A stretch of 64,000 nucleotides of DNA from Pristiophorus japonicus (Eukaryota), in the NCBI RefSeq assembly GCF_044704955.1, contig NC_091982.1, positions 62,062,001-62,126,000 of the forward strand, read 5' to 3'. The translations under genes were made by a program, and so were the position numbers. How positions within the stretch are numbered: the stretch's first letter is position 1; every line of letters begins with the position of its first letter. Of this stretch, positions 12,377-24,748 are shown in pieces. Below the pieces are notes generated by a model. It was not told where the DNA came from. It saw nothing but the letters and a program-made list of their open reading frames with translations, and searched no databases.

Positions 12377-14448
12377 AGACCAAAGTAATAAGCAATCAAT
12401 AAATAACAAATAAAAAAATAGAAGGAACCCTGCACTAAAGCATCAAAATAAATCAGTAAATAGCAAATAATAAATAGAAGACCTACCTTAGGGAACGCAG
12501 TGGGCCGCCGATGAGGGAGCCCCTTCGGCCCCTCCCACACAGTCAGCAGCACGTGTTTGCCAAAACGGCCTGCCTGGAGCTACTGCACATGCGCGCAGAC
12601 TCTAATGTGCATGTGCAGAGGTCCCGGCACTGTTTTTAGCACCGGGTCCTAGCTACGCCCCCCTATCTTTCTTCTGTACCACGTCAGCTCCACAGACGGC
12701 CCGAGAATCAGCCATGATCGCACGGATTTTTTTTGGCGCTGCTTCTGAGGTACAATGTCAGCGGGAGGGGAGCTCGAAGTTGCGCCGAAAAAAACGGAGG
12801 GCCAAATTTGGGCCCAAAGTCGGCACTGTCGGAACACCTTCACCATGCAGGCTGCAACGGTTCAAGAAGGCGGTTCACCACCTTTTGAAGAGCAATTAGG
12901 GATGGGCAATAAATGCTGGCCTTGCCAGTGACATCTACATCCTGTTTAAACAAAATCTTAACTTGGCTGTAAAACGCTTTGGGATGGTGAGGATGTGAAA
13001 GGCACTATAGAAATGCAAGGGAGAGAGTTCCAAGGGAACAAATGGTTATGAGGAGTGGGCAGGGAAGTGGAGCTGAGTCCATGATCAGATCAGCAATGAA
13101 CTTATTGAATTGCGGAGCAGGCTCGAGGGGCTAGGTGGCCTACTCCTGCTCCTAGTTCTTATGTTCCAGATTTTCATTACTCTGTGTGTGCAGAATTGCT
13201 TCATGATATCACCCCTGCACAATCTGGCTCTAATTTTAAGGTGATGCCCCCTTGTTCTGGACTTCTCCCCCCCGCCACCAGAGGGAATAGATTCTCTCTG
13301 TCTACCCTATCGAATCCTGGGACATATAATCGCTGTTTCTTTGTGGTCACTGGGTCAAAGTCCTGGAGTTCCCTACCTCACCTCGTTGCTGGAGTAACAA
13401 CAGTAGAGGGACTGAGCAGTGCAAGAAGAAGGCAGCTAGGGACAGCCAATAAATGCTGGCCTTGCCAGCGACGCCCACATCCTGAGAATAAGCTCACAAG
13501 AACAACTCGACGTAGTGTGTAGTAAACAAATCGAAACAGACATATTGGACGTTCACAGCAGGTCAGGCAGGATCTGGAAGAAAGAATCATAGAATTATTT
13601 GAATTATTTGATTTATTTGAGTTAGTTGAATTACAACAGTCATTCATTGGCTGTAAAAAGCTTTGAGACAACCGGTGGTCGTAAAAGGCGCGATATAAAT
13701 GCAAGTCTGTCTTTCTGTCTGTCATAGCTCAGACCTGATTTTTCTTTTTCATCTCATTTCTAATGAAGGTCACACCATCAACATTCAACTGAGATTCAAA
13801 GAAACAGAAAGTTACAGCACGGAAGGAGGGCATTCGACCCACCATGTCCGCACCGGCCGACAAAGAGTCGCACGGCCCTTGGTCAGCAGCCCTGAAGGTT
13901 ACATATAAACCTATGAACAATGGCGGAAAGGTAAAGAGCACCCAGCCCAACCAATCCACGCCACACAACTGCGACACCCTTTATACTAAAAGATTCTACA
14001 TTCCACCCCAACTGGAGCCAAATGACCTCCTGGGAGAGGCAAAAAACAGATAAAAACCCAGGTCAATTTGGGAAAAAAATACCTGGGAAGTTTCCTCTCC
14101 GATCCATCCAGGCGATCTAAACTAGTCCAGGAGATCACCCTGGCCTATTCGATTCCCTGCAGTCTTCACCATTGTATCTGTGCCGGCCATCAAGAGGTTA
14201 TCACTCTAATCCCAATTACCAGCTCTAGGTCTGTAATCCTGCAGGTTACGGCACTTTAAGTGCACATCCAACCAGCTTTTAAATGTGGTGAGGGTTTCTG
14301 CATCCATCACCCTTCCAGGCAGCGAGTTCCAGATCCCCACAACACTCTGCATGAAGAAGCTCTCGAATCCCCTCTGACCCTTCCATCAACCACCCTAAAA
14401 CTATGCCCCCTTCGAAAATTTTCCAGTCCTGGCCAAATCCTTGTACAA

Positions 14449-16889
14449 AAGAACATAAGAATTAGGAACAGGAGTAGTCCATCTAGCCCCTCGAGCCTCC
14501 TCTGCCATTCAACAAGATCATGCCTGATCTGGCTGTGGACTCAGCTCCACTTACACACCCGCTCCCCATAACCCTTAATTCCCTTATTGGATAAAAATCT
14601 ATCTATCTGTGATTTGAATACATTCAATGAGCTAGTCTCAACTGCTTCCTTGGGCAGAGAATTCCACAGATTCACAACCCTCTGGGAGAAGAAATTCCTT
14701 CTCAACTCGGTTTTAAATTAGCTCGCCCATATTTTGAGGCTGTGCTCCCGAGTTCTAGTCTCCCCGACCAGTGGAAACAACCTCTCCGCCTCTATCTTGT
14801 CTATCCCTTTCATTATTTTAAATGTTTCTATAAGATCACCCCTCATCCTTCTGAACTCCAACGAGTAAAGACCCAGTCTACTCAATCTATCATCATAAGG
14901 TAACCCCCTCATCTCCGGAATCAGCCTAGTGAATCGTCTCTGTACCCCTTCCAAAGCTAGTATATCCTTCCTTAAGTAAGGTGACCAAAACTGCACACAG
15001 TACTCCAGGTGTGGCCTCACCAATACCCTGTACAGTTGCAGCAGAACCTCCCTGCTTTTGTTCTCCATCCCTCTCGCAATGAAGGCCAACATTCCATTTG
15101 CCTTCCTGATTACCTGCTGCACCAACAAACTAACTTTTTGGGATTCATGTACAAGGACCCCCAGGTCCCTCTGCACCGCAGCATGCTGTAATTTCTCCCC
15201 ATTCAAATAATATTCCCTTTTACTGTTTTTTTTTCCAAGGTGGATGAGCTCACATTTTCCGACATTGTATTCCATCTGCCAAACCTTAGCCCATTCGCTT
15301 AACCTATCTAAATCTCTTTGCCGTCTCTCTGTGTCCTCTACACAACCCGCTTTCCCACTAATCTTTGTGTCATCTGCAAATTTTGTTAAACGACACTCTG
15401 TCCCCTCTTCCAGGTCATCTATGTATATTGTAAACAGTTGTGGTCCCAGCACCGATCCCTGTGGCACACCACTAACCACCGATTTCCAACCCGAAAAGGA
15501 CCCATTTTTCCCGACTCTCTGCTTTCTGTTAGCCAGCCAATTTTCGATCCATGCTAATACATTTCCTCTGACTCCGCGTACTTTTATCTTCTGCAGTATC
15601 CTTTTCTGTGGCACCTTGTCGAATGCCTTTTGGAAATCTAAATACACCACATCTATCGGTACACCTCTATCCACCATGCTCGTTATATCCTCAAAGAATT
15701 CCAGTAAATTAGTTAAACATGATTTCCCCTTCATGAATCCATGTTGCATCTGCTTGATTGCACTATTCCTATCCAGATGTCCCGCTATTTCTTCCTTAAT
15801 GATAGCTTCAAGTATTTTCCCCACTACAGATGTTAAACTAACCGGCCTATAGTTACCTGCCTTTTGTCTGCCCCCTTTTTTAAACAGAAGCGTTACATTA
15901 GCTGCTTTCCAATCCGCTGGTACCTCCCCAGAGTCCAGAGAATTTTGGTAGATTATAACGAATGCATCTACTATAACTTCCGCCATCTCTTTTAATATTC
16001 TGGGATGCATTTCATCAGGACCAGGGGACTTGTCTACCTTGAGTCTCATTAGCCTGTCCAGCACTACCCCCCTAGTGATAGTGATTGTCTCAAGGTCCTC
16101 CCTTCCCACATTCCCGTAACCAGCAATTTTTGGCATGGTTTTTGTGTCTTCCACTGTTAAAACCGAAGCAAAATAATTGTTTAAGGTCTCAGTCATTTTC
16201 ACATTTCCCAAAATTAAATCCCCCTTCTCATCTTCTAAGGGACCAACCTTTACTTTAGTCACTCTTTTCCGTTTTATATATCAGTGAAAGCTTTTACTAT
16301 CTGTTTTTATGTTTTGCACAAGTTTACTTTCGTAATCTATCTTTCCTTTCTTTATTGCTTTCTTAGTCATTCTTTGCTGTCTTTTAAAATTTTCCCAATC
16401 TTCTAGTTTCCCACTAACCTTGGCCACCTTATACGCATTGGTTTTTAATTTGATACTCTCCTTTATTTCCTTGGTTATCAAGGCTGGTTATCCCTTCTCT
16501 TACCGCCATTCTTTTTCACTGTAATATATTTTTGTTGAGCACTATGAATGAGCTCCTTAAAAGTCCTCCACTGTTCCTCAATTGTGCCACCGTTTAGTCT
16601 GTGTTCCCAGTCTACTTTAGCCAACCCTGCCCTCATCCCACTGTAGTCCCCTTTGTTTAAGCATTGTACGCTCATTTGAGACACCACTTCCTCACCCTCA
16701 ATCTGTATTACAAATTCAACCATACTGTGATCACTCATTCCGAGAGGATCTTTTACTCGGAGATCGTTTATTATTCCTGTCTCATTTCACAGGACCAGAT
16801 CTAAGATAGCTTGCTCCCTTGTAGGTTCTGTGACATACTGTTTTAAGAAACAATCCCGTATGCATTCTATGAATTCCTCCTCAAGGCTA
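14449..16889 (-). mobile_element. 5'-truncated CR1 (HER1-like) LINE
   Basis: Contains the RT ORF plus upstream ORF2 fragments (EQAILDLVL, SDHSMVEF). A 3' UTR and (TTCTTATG)-type tail lie at ~14449. Confidence 0.95.
14718..16262 (-). CDS. CR1 ORF2 reverse transcriptase domain (514-aa open remnant, not a complete gene)
   Basis: Motifs [59 protein letters not shown]. Confidence 0.9.
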   Translation of the reverse strand: MTKVKVGPLEDEKGDLILGNVKMTETLNNYFASVLTVEDTKTMPKIAGYGNVGREDLETITITRGVVLDRLMRLKVDKSPGPDEMHPRILKEMAEVIVDAFVIIYQNSLDSGEVPADWKAANVTLLFKKGGRQKAGNYRPVSLTSVVGKILEAIIKEEIAGHLDRNSAIKQMQHGFMKGKSCLTNLLEFFEDITSMVDRGVPIDVVYLDFQKAFDKVPQKRILQKIKVRGVRGNVLAWIENWLANRKQRVGKNGSFSGWKSVVSGVPQGSVLGPQLFTIYIDDLEEGTECRLTKFADDTKISGKAGCVEDTERRQRDLDRLSEWAKVWQMEYNVGKCELIHLGKKNSKREYYLNGEKLQHAAVQRDLGVLVHESQKVSLLVQQVIRKANGMLAFIARGMENKSREVLLQLYRVLVRPHLEYCVQFWSPYLRKDILALEGVQRRFTRLIPEMRGLPYDDRLSRLGLYSLEFRRMRGDLIETFKIMKGIDKIEAERLFPLVGETRTREHSLKIWAS

Positions 16890-17574
16890 CCCTCTGTACC
16901 CTCTCCAGTGCAATCATTTCTGGCTCCCTTTGACTGACCCGTTCTGCATTTTCCCACTTTTAGTTCCAATATTCTGAATTTTTTCTTTGGATCTCACGCT
17001 GCAGAAAATAATTTTTTTCTTCAAAAGGGCTTAATTACTTAGTAGAGCAATACCGAATATAAGAAGTTCAGCGCATTACCTGAGCATAATGAGAGATTAC
17101 CATATTCTTTCCCCTTAACAAGAGGCAATGAACACAGCCCAAGTTGTCGTGTTGTGTGCCATTAATGAGAAATTAATGCTGCAGAGTGCAGAACAAAGTG
17201 ATGCAAGGTCACTCCAGATCATCGAGGTTTGTGTGCTGCGGAAAAGCAAAAACACAATTTGATTTACAAGTGAAACAGTTTGGCCATAAAAATGTGAAGC
17301 AGTATATTTATATGACATGCTGAGATTTATTGAGTCCCATTGGCACTTTAGGTTTGCATTCTTGCCTCTGAGTCAGAAGCTTTCTGGATCAAATCTCCAT
17401 TTGAGGATGCAAGCACATAATACAACAACATGCATTTATATAGCGCCTTTAAAGGAGGAAAGCACTACAAGGGACGATTATCAAACAAAATATTGTTGCT
17501 GTGTGACAATCAATACTGCACAACATGTCTTCAGGCAAATCTTCCATAAGAACCACCATCGCAGATTTTTAGAC

Positions 17575-18310
17575 GTGTGACCAAAAGCTTGGTCAAACAG
17601 AGTGTCTTAAAGAAGGAAGGAGAGGTAGAGAGATGGAGCGGTTTAGGGAGGGAATTCCAGAGCTTAGGGTCTTGGCAGCTGAAGACACGGCCACCAATGG
17701 TGGAGTGATTAAAATCGCGGATGCACCAGATGCCAGAATTGGAGGAGTGCAGAGGTCGCGGAGGGTCGCAGTCATAGTTCTTTCCTCATTTTTTTGGGTG
17801 CACAGCCATTCACAGTTTTGCGCATGTGCCAAACATTACATTGAAAAAGCCGGTCCCGGCAGAGAAGGGTGTGGCCACATGACCGTGCACCTTTTAGGGA
17901 ACGTTGATTATGGGGCTGAAGGAGGTTACAGAGATAGGGAGGGGGCGAGGTCATGGAGAGATTTCAACACAAGGATAAGAATTTTAAATTTGAGGCATTG
18001 CTAGACCGGGAGCCAATGTAGGTCAGCGAGCACAGGGGTGATGGGTGAGCAGGACTTGGTGCGAGTTAGGACACGGGCAGCTGAGCTTTGGATCAGCGGC
18101 AGTTTATGGAGGGTGCAAGGTGGGAGGCTTTGCTTAGGAGCATCTTAAGAGAGGCAGAGAGGTTTCGACAGGGCTTGGTCATAAAGGTAGGTTTTAAGAA
18201 GCATCTTAAAGCAGGAGAGAGAGGTAGAGAGACGGAGAGGTTTAGGGAGGGAATTCCAGAGCTTAGGGCCCAGGCAGCTGAAGGCACGGCAGCCAATGGT
18301 GGGAATTAAG
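17575..18310 (-). mobile_element. L2-clade LINE fragments (two partial 3' copies)
   Basis: GGTTTAGGGAGGGAATTCCAGAGCTTAGGG occurs twice; reverse complement of the 9505-9770 element. Confidence 0.65.
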
Positions 18311-18590
18311 AGATACAAATGCCACATGTTGGCACATAGAACTCGGTTATATAGTTTCTGAAAGGTTTTCATGTTTAGTTCATTCGATATAGGGGGAAAA
18401 TGTGGTATCATTGGAGAGAGAAAAAGATAAACACACACATTTAATTTAGCAACAGCTGGTTTTTGCAACCAACCGGCCTTGAATATTTTACCACAGCAAG
18501 GCCAACTATGTTTCTACATGTTTCTAATGTTGTTGATGTTTGTTGAAGAAAGTGTAGACTTGTGTCTCTGGACTATGCAGTAGCCAGAGC

Positions 18591-20160
18591 CTTCTTTTCT
18601 TCTTCTTAGGGAGTCCCTCGGAGTCAAGGATGACTTGCTTCCACTCTAATATGAGTTCTCAGGTGACTGATAAGTCCAATGCGGTTCATACAGTCTCTGT
18701 CACTGGTGGGGCAGACAGTGATTGGAGGGACGGGTGGGTGGGGTGCTTGGGTTGTCGTGCGCTCTTTCCACTGTTTGCGCTTGGTTTCTGCGTGCTCCCG
18801 GCGAAGAGACTCGAAGTGTTCGACGCCTTCCCGGATGCTTCTCCTCCATTTTGAGCGGTCTTGTGCCAGGGATTTCCAGGTGCCGGTGGGGATGTCGCAC
18901 TTTATCAAGGAGGCTTTGAGGCTGTCCTTGAAATGTTTCCTCTTCCCACCTAGGGCTTGCTTGCTGTATCTGAGCTCAGAGTAGAGCGCTTGTTTTGGGA
19001 TTCGACTATCGGGCATGAGGACGATGTGGCCTGTCCATCGGAGCTGATCGAGCGTTGTCAATGCTTCAATGCTGGGGATGTTAGTCTGAGTGAGAACGCT
19101 GATGTTGGTGCGCCTATCCTACCAATGGATTTGCAGGATCGTGCTTTTCCAGTGTTTTAAGGTGCCTGCTGTACATAGTCCATGTCTCTGAAGCATAAAG
19201 GAGGGCAGGTATCACCACTGCTCTATAGACCATGAACTTGGTGCGAGGTTTGAGGTCCTGGTCTTCAAACACTCTTTTCCTCAGATGACCAAAGGCTGCA
19301 CTGGCACACTGAAGGTGGTGTTGGACTTCGTCATCGACATTTACACTTGTTGTCAGTAGGCTCCTGATGTATGGAAAATCGTCCACATTTTCCAAGGCCT
19401 TATCATGGATCTTGATAAATGGGGGGCAATACTATGTGGTGGGGTCAGGTTGATAGAGAATCTTTGTCTTACGGATGTTTAGTGTAAGGCCCATATTCTT
19501 ATATGCTTCAGTGAAGGTGTTGACGACGGTTTGGAGTTCAACCTCTGAGTGTGCGCTGTAATTGTCTGTGCACTGTAATTCAATGACAGAGGATGGGAAG
19601 ACCTTGGTTTTGGACTGGAGGTGACGGAGGTTGAACAGTTTCCCATTTGTTCTGTAGATTAGCTCCACTCCAGCGTGAGATGGAGCATTGCAGCAAGGAG
19701 GATCGAGAAGAGTATTGGTGTGATGACACAGCCTTGTTTGACCCCGGTCCGAATGTGTATTGGGTCTAACGTGGGTCCGTTGGTGAGGATCATGGATTGC
19801 ATGTCATCGTGGAGCAGGCGGAGGATGGTGACAAGATTTTGAGGACAGCCAAATTTGAGAAGGACACTCCATAATCCTCTTGGTTGACAGTGTCGAAGGC
19901 CTTTGTGAGGTCAAAGAAGGCCATGTACAAGGGTTGGTGCTGTTCCCTGCATCTGCTGCATGGTGAAGATCCTGTCCATTGTGCCCCTTAGTGGGCAAAA
20001 TCTGCATTGCGACTCTGGGAGGAGCTCTTCAACCACTGGGAGGTGATGATTGAGGAGGATTCTTGCGATGACTTTCCCTGTGGCAGACAGCAGGGAGATT
20101 CCTTTGTAATTACCACAATCGGACTTGTCACCTTTCTTGAAGATAGTCACGATTACAGTC
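18591..20160 (-). mobile_element. RTE-clade LINE, 5'-truncated and frameshifted
   Basis: ORF fragments KKGDKSDCGNYKGISLLS, AFGHLRKRVF, LLYASETWT, LRWTGHIV..MPDSRIPKQ, a C-terminal zinc-finger remnant (IGLISHLRTH), and a trinucleotide tail. Confidence 0.92.
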
Positions 20161-21039
20161 AAAGCCTATGACAATAGGCAATGTCTGCTTCAGTTTGAGA
20201 AGAAAACAGTGTGTAAATGTAAGCTTTTTCCAATTGTTCAAGGAGAACGAAAAGACCCATGCCAAGGATTGGCTGCCCTATCTGTGCCTGTACTCTGCTT
20301 GTAAATAGCTTTTTATGCTGAAGTAAAAGAACACAATGATTATGACCAGAAGACTGAATTTGTTACCCCTCAAGTGAACAACACAACCTGTGATGTGCTC
20401 ATGTTCCACCACAATGGTCAACTTTTAAAATTCATGATAGGTTTTCTTCCTTCCGCATTAAAGTTTACAATTTGGCATGTTGCTTAGATCTCCCGTTCTA
20501 CACCTACGGCAATGTGCTGGTTATGTTATTGAACTAGTGACCCAGAGGGCTGGAGTAAGACCCAAGAGAAAGTGATTTAAAATCTAGTCTTGGCTGTTTA
20601 AAATAATTGGAAATGAAAAGTTGGTCTCAGTAAAAGTTCCGCGCTCCACCTCCCCTTGCATTATTGCAGCCAAAAGACTCAGTCATTGGAGAACTTGAGG
20701 ACTTTTGCCTTGGCAAAAATCTTCAATTGTAATGCAACCACTGCTGGAAACCTGCCATCCAATGGGAAAGCTGCCAATTAAGATTGGAGTCCCACACGAA
20801 CAGGGTTGATTCTTAACAGGCCGAGCAAGTCCATGCAATGATTCAAGAAGGCCCACCACCTCATTCTCAGGGAAACCAGGGATGGGAACAAGACCTGGTG
20901 TTGCCAGTGACACCCACATCCTGAGAATGAATAGAAAAACCTCACATTTTAAATACTATTTTACAGTGTTTTCTTCTGGACGTCACACAAAAGCTGTCTT
21001 ATAAAATGAGACACGCTATTAAACAGGAATGTTTCAGAC

Positions 21040-21900
21040 ATTATAGAATCATAGAATTGCTACAGCACGGAAGGAGGCCATTGGGCCCATCGAGCCCGTG
21101 CCGGCTCTCTGCCAGAGCGCTTCAGCCAGTCCCACTCCCCCGCCCGTTCCCTTGCAATTTTTTTTTCTTTCAGGTACTTATCCAATTCCTTTTTGAAAGC
21201 CGTCATTGAGTCTGCCTCCACCACCCTTTCAGGCAGCGCATTCCAGATCCTAACCACTCGCTGCGTAAAAAATGTTTTTCCTCATGTCGCCTTTGGTTCT
21301 TCTGTCAATCACCTTAAATCTGTGTCCTCTGGTTCTCGACCCTTCCGCCAATGGGAACAGTTTCTCTATCTACTCTGTCCAAACCCCTCGTGATTTTGAA
21401 CACCTCTATCAAATCTCCTCTCAACCTTCTCTGCTCCAAGGAGAACAACCCCAGCTTCTCCAGTCTATCCACGTAACTGAAGTCCCTCATCCCTAGAACC
21501 ATTCTTATAAATCTTTTCTGCACCCTCTGCAAGGCTTCACATCCTTCCTAAAGTGCGGTGCCCAAAATTGGACGCAATATCCAGTTGAAGTTGAACCAGT
21601 GTTTTATAAACCTGACTTCATCCTAACTTCCTTGCTTTTGTACTCTATGCCTCTCGCCATGAAGTGCAGGATCCTGTAAGCTTTTTTAAATGCTTTCTCA
21701 ACTTGCCCTGCCACCTTCAATGGTTTGTGTACATATACCCCCAGGTCTCTCTGTTCATGCACTCTCTGTAGGATTGTACGCTTTACTTTATATTTTCCCT
21801 CCTCATTCTTTCTAACAAAATGTATCACTTCACACTTTTCTGCATTAGATTTCATCTGCCACCTCTCCGCCCATTCCACCAGCCTGTCTATGTCCTCTTC
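21040..21900 (-). mobile_element. CR1 LINE 3' fragment
   Basis: WAERWQMK, RDLGVYVH, LEKLGLFSLEQRRLRGDLIEVFKI fragments and a CR1 3' UTR. Confidence 0.9.
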
Positions 21901-22319
21901 GCTAAAGAGGTAACCACAAACTATCCACGCTTTCAGAGTTCAGGAAGCTTCCGGTGGATCCAGTTTATATCTCATGCTGCTGTGTGACAATCAACACTAC
22001 ACAACATGTCCTCAGGCAAATCTTCAACACGCGCAGTGCATCGCAGACCAGGCTTTCAGCATTCAGCTATATTTAGTTTCTTTCTGAATTGCATGGTGCG
22101 TCATTAGGTAAACCACCGAATTCTCATTAAAAGCAAGTAGGTATATCCTTACTAATAACCTGTTTGCGGGCTTGATCATATTGTGAGATAGGCTTAGTCC
22201 AAGAGGGAAAGTCGTGAAAAGCAGGACATATTAATGACATGCCAGCTATTGGGTAAGATACCAAGCTGCAGGCTATGGATGTCTCTAACCGGAATGTCCC
22301 AAATTAACAAAAAATCCCA

Positions 22320-22725
22320 GAAAGACTTGCACTTCCATAATGCCTTTCAGGATCTCAGGTCAGTCGAAAGCGCTTCATGGCCAATTAAGTCACTGTTGTA
22401 ATATAGGAAAGACGGCACCCAATTTACACACAGCAAGTTCCCACAAACAGCAATGTGATAATAATAGTGCTGTTGGTTGGGGGATAAATATTGGCTAGGA
22501 CAGTGTCGAGAATGCCCTGGCCATTCTTTGAAATAGTGCCATCCAGCCCAGACAAGGCCTTGTTTTTCCAAAATCATCTAAAAGACCGTGCAGTGCAGTA
22601 CTCCCTCTTTACTGCACTGGAGCGTCAGCCTAGATGTTTGTGCTCTAGTCTCTGGAGTGGGACTCGACCCCACAACCTTCTGACTCAGAGGCCAAGAGTG
22701 CTACCAAAAAAGCCACGGCTGACAC
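22320..22725 (-). mobile_element. Deu-domain SINE copy with an internal deletion
   Basis: Reverse complement of the head, body and tail of the 28590-28972 SINE. Confidence 0.8.
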
Positions 22726-22911
22726 CCCTTGGGCAAATAATGAGGTAATTTTTATGCCGGACTGTAATGCTTGTACATACCAACTAACAGTGTCCAATTT
22801 TACTGGCACTATATGGCGGTACTTGGGGCATTGGAGGTGATGATTGCCACCTGAGCCACATCTTTCCATAAAGTCTTTTGCAGCTTCCTTTCCTGAGTTC
22901 CAAGGTATCAC

Positions 22912-23796
22912 ATGCGTGAATTCCATCGAGACCGAGAGACTTTTGGAGCGTATGTGGAGCGGCTAGAAATGTTTTTCACCGCGAATAGTATCATTGAAGT
23001 CCCCGATGTCGAAAACCATAACTGGGTGGTGTTAGAAAGAAAACAGGCTATTTTCTTGACTGAAGCAAGCCCCGAGGTGTATGAAACCCTTAAAAACGTG
23101 CTTGTTCCCATCAAGCCACTGTCAGAGATTCTAACCAAATTAGAACAGCACTACACTCCTGAGCCCCTGGAAATTGGAGAACATTATCGTTTTGGAACAC
23201 AAAATCAGCTGAATGATGAGAGTATCAGTGAACACATTGTAGTATTAAAAAAGCTATCCATATACTGTCATTTCGGAAACTTTCAGGACCGAGCATTGTG
23301 TGACCGCTTTGTTTGTAGGATGAAAAATGAAGCAACCAGAAGAAAGTTGTTGACAACTCCTAACTTAACGTTTGATTTAACTTGTCAGACAGCTATGTCG
23401 ACTGAAGCAGGCCCCGAGGTGTATGAAACCCTAAAAAATGTGCTTGTTCGACCAATACTCCCGAGAATTTTGCATCATTAAGAATCATCAGACAACTAAG
23501 GTGAATCGCCTTCAGGTTAAAAGTAAAAGGCAGTTGGACCCCAAGCCCTCAGTAACTGGTCACGGTAACAGAGCATTGAAGTTGTGCTATCAGTGCCTGA
23601 GACAACACATTGCTCAAAGCTGTCCATATGTGAAGGCAGCGTGTTTCTTCTGCAAGAATAAAGGGCATCTTGTGAAGGCGTGCCAACTGAAGAGTAAACC
23701 AACTTTCAATGCTATAAGTAGAAATCACCAGAGACTACATAGCATTGAAGATAAGCAAAAGGATGAGGAGGTTCGGGAGATATACGTCATCAGGAG
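22912..23796 (+). mobile_element. Ty3/Gypsy LTR retrotransposon gag remnant
   Basis: YVERLEMFFTAN...HYRF..NQLNDESISE....LKKL...C.FG.....LCDRFV...LL.....LTF, followed by two CCHC-like knuckles (CYQCLRQHIAQSC; CFFCKNKGHLVKAC). Confidence 0.88.
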
Positions 23797-24748
23797 AATC
23801 ATCATCAGCAGCATAGGCAGTCCCTCGAATTCGAGGAAGACTTGCTTCCACTCAAAAAGTGAGTTCTTAGGTGACTGAACAGTCCAATACCAGGAATTAC
23901 AGTCTCTGTCACAGGTGGGACAGACAGTGGTTGGAGGAAAGGGTGGGTGGGGAGCCTGGTTTTCCGCACGCTCCTTCCGCTGCCTGCACTTGTTTTCTGC
24001 ATGGTCTCGGCGACGAGACTCGAGGTGCTCCGCGCCCTCCCGGATGCTCTTCCTCCACTTAGGGCAGTCTTTGGCCAGGAACTCCCAGGTGTCGGTGGGG
24101 ATGTTGCATTTTTATCAGGGAGGCTTTGAAGATGTCCTTGAAATGTTTCCTCTGCTCACCTTGGGCTCGCTTGCCGTGTACAAGTTCCAAGTAGAGTACT
24201 TGCTTTGGGAATCTTGTGTCAGGCATGCAAACAATGTGGCCTGCCCAACGGAGCTGGTCGAGTGTGGTCAGTGCTTCGATGCTGGGGATGTTAGCCTGAT
24301 TGAGAACACTGACGTTGTTGCATCTGTCCTCCCAGGGGATTTGTAGGATCTTGAGGAGACATCGTTGGTGGTATTTCACCAGCATTTTGCGGTGTCTACT
24401 GCATATTGTCCATGTCTCTGAGCCAGATCCAAGACCATCCCAACCTCTGTCGTCAAACTACAATACGCGGACGACATTTGCGTCTGTGCACCTTCAGAGA
24501 CTGAAATCCAAGGCATAGTCAACATCTTCACTGAGGCATAAGACAAAGGTCCTCAACCAACCTGACCCCGCCACACAGCACTTCCCCAGAAATCAAGATC
24601 CACGGTGCGTCCCTGGACAACATGGACCAATTTCCATACCTCGGGAGCCTATTATCAGCAAGGGCAAACATCAACAACGAGGTTCAACACCGCCTCCAGT
24701 GTGCCAGCGGAGCCTTCGGCCGCCTGAGGAAAAGAGTGTTCGAAGATA
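23797..24748 (-). mobile_element. RTE LINE with a 5' inversion, inserted in the Gypsy element
   Basis: 23797-24424 is the RTE 3' end on the minus strand (tail ATCATCATCAGCAGCATAGGCAGTCCC). 24425-24748 is the upstream RT part on the plus strand (LQYADD ... AFGRLRKRVFED). Confidence 0.88.

Larger units (their letters stand above)
11111..12815. mobile_element. Non-autonomous TIR element (GGGCCC-ended family) hosting the MHC retrocopy
   Basis: Ends GGACCCACATTTCC ... GCCAAATTTGGGCCC resemble the TIRs of the 52183-54069 element. An A-rich internal repeat (ACCAAAGTAATAAGCAAT...) continues on both sides of the insert. Confidence 0.6.

Noticed and set aside
14718-16262. Active LINE or domesticated RT gene
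   Set aside because: The element is 5'-truncated, upstream ORF2 parts are broken and the ORF stops early; an ordinary young CR1 copy.
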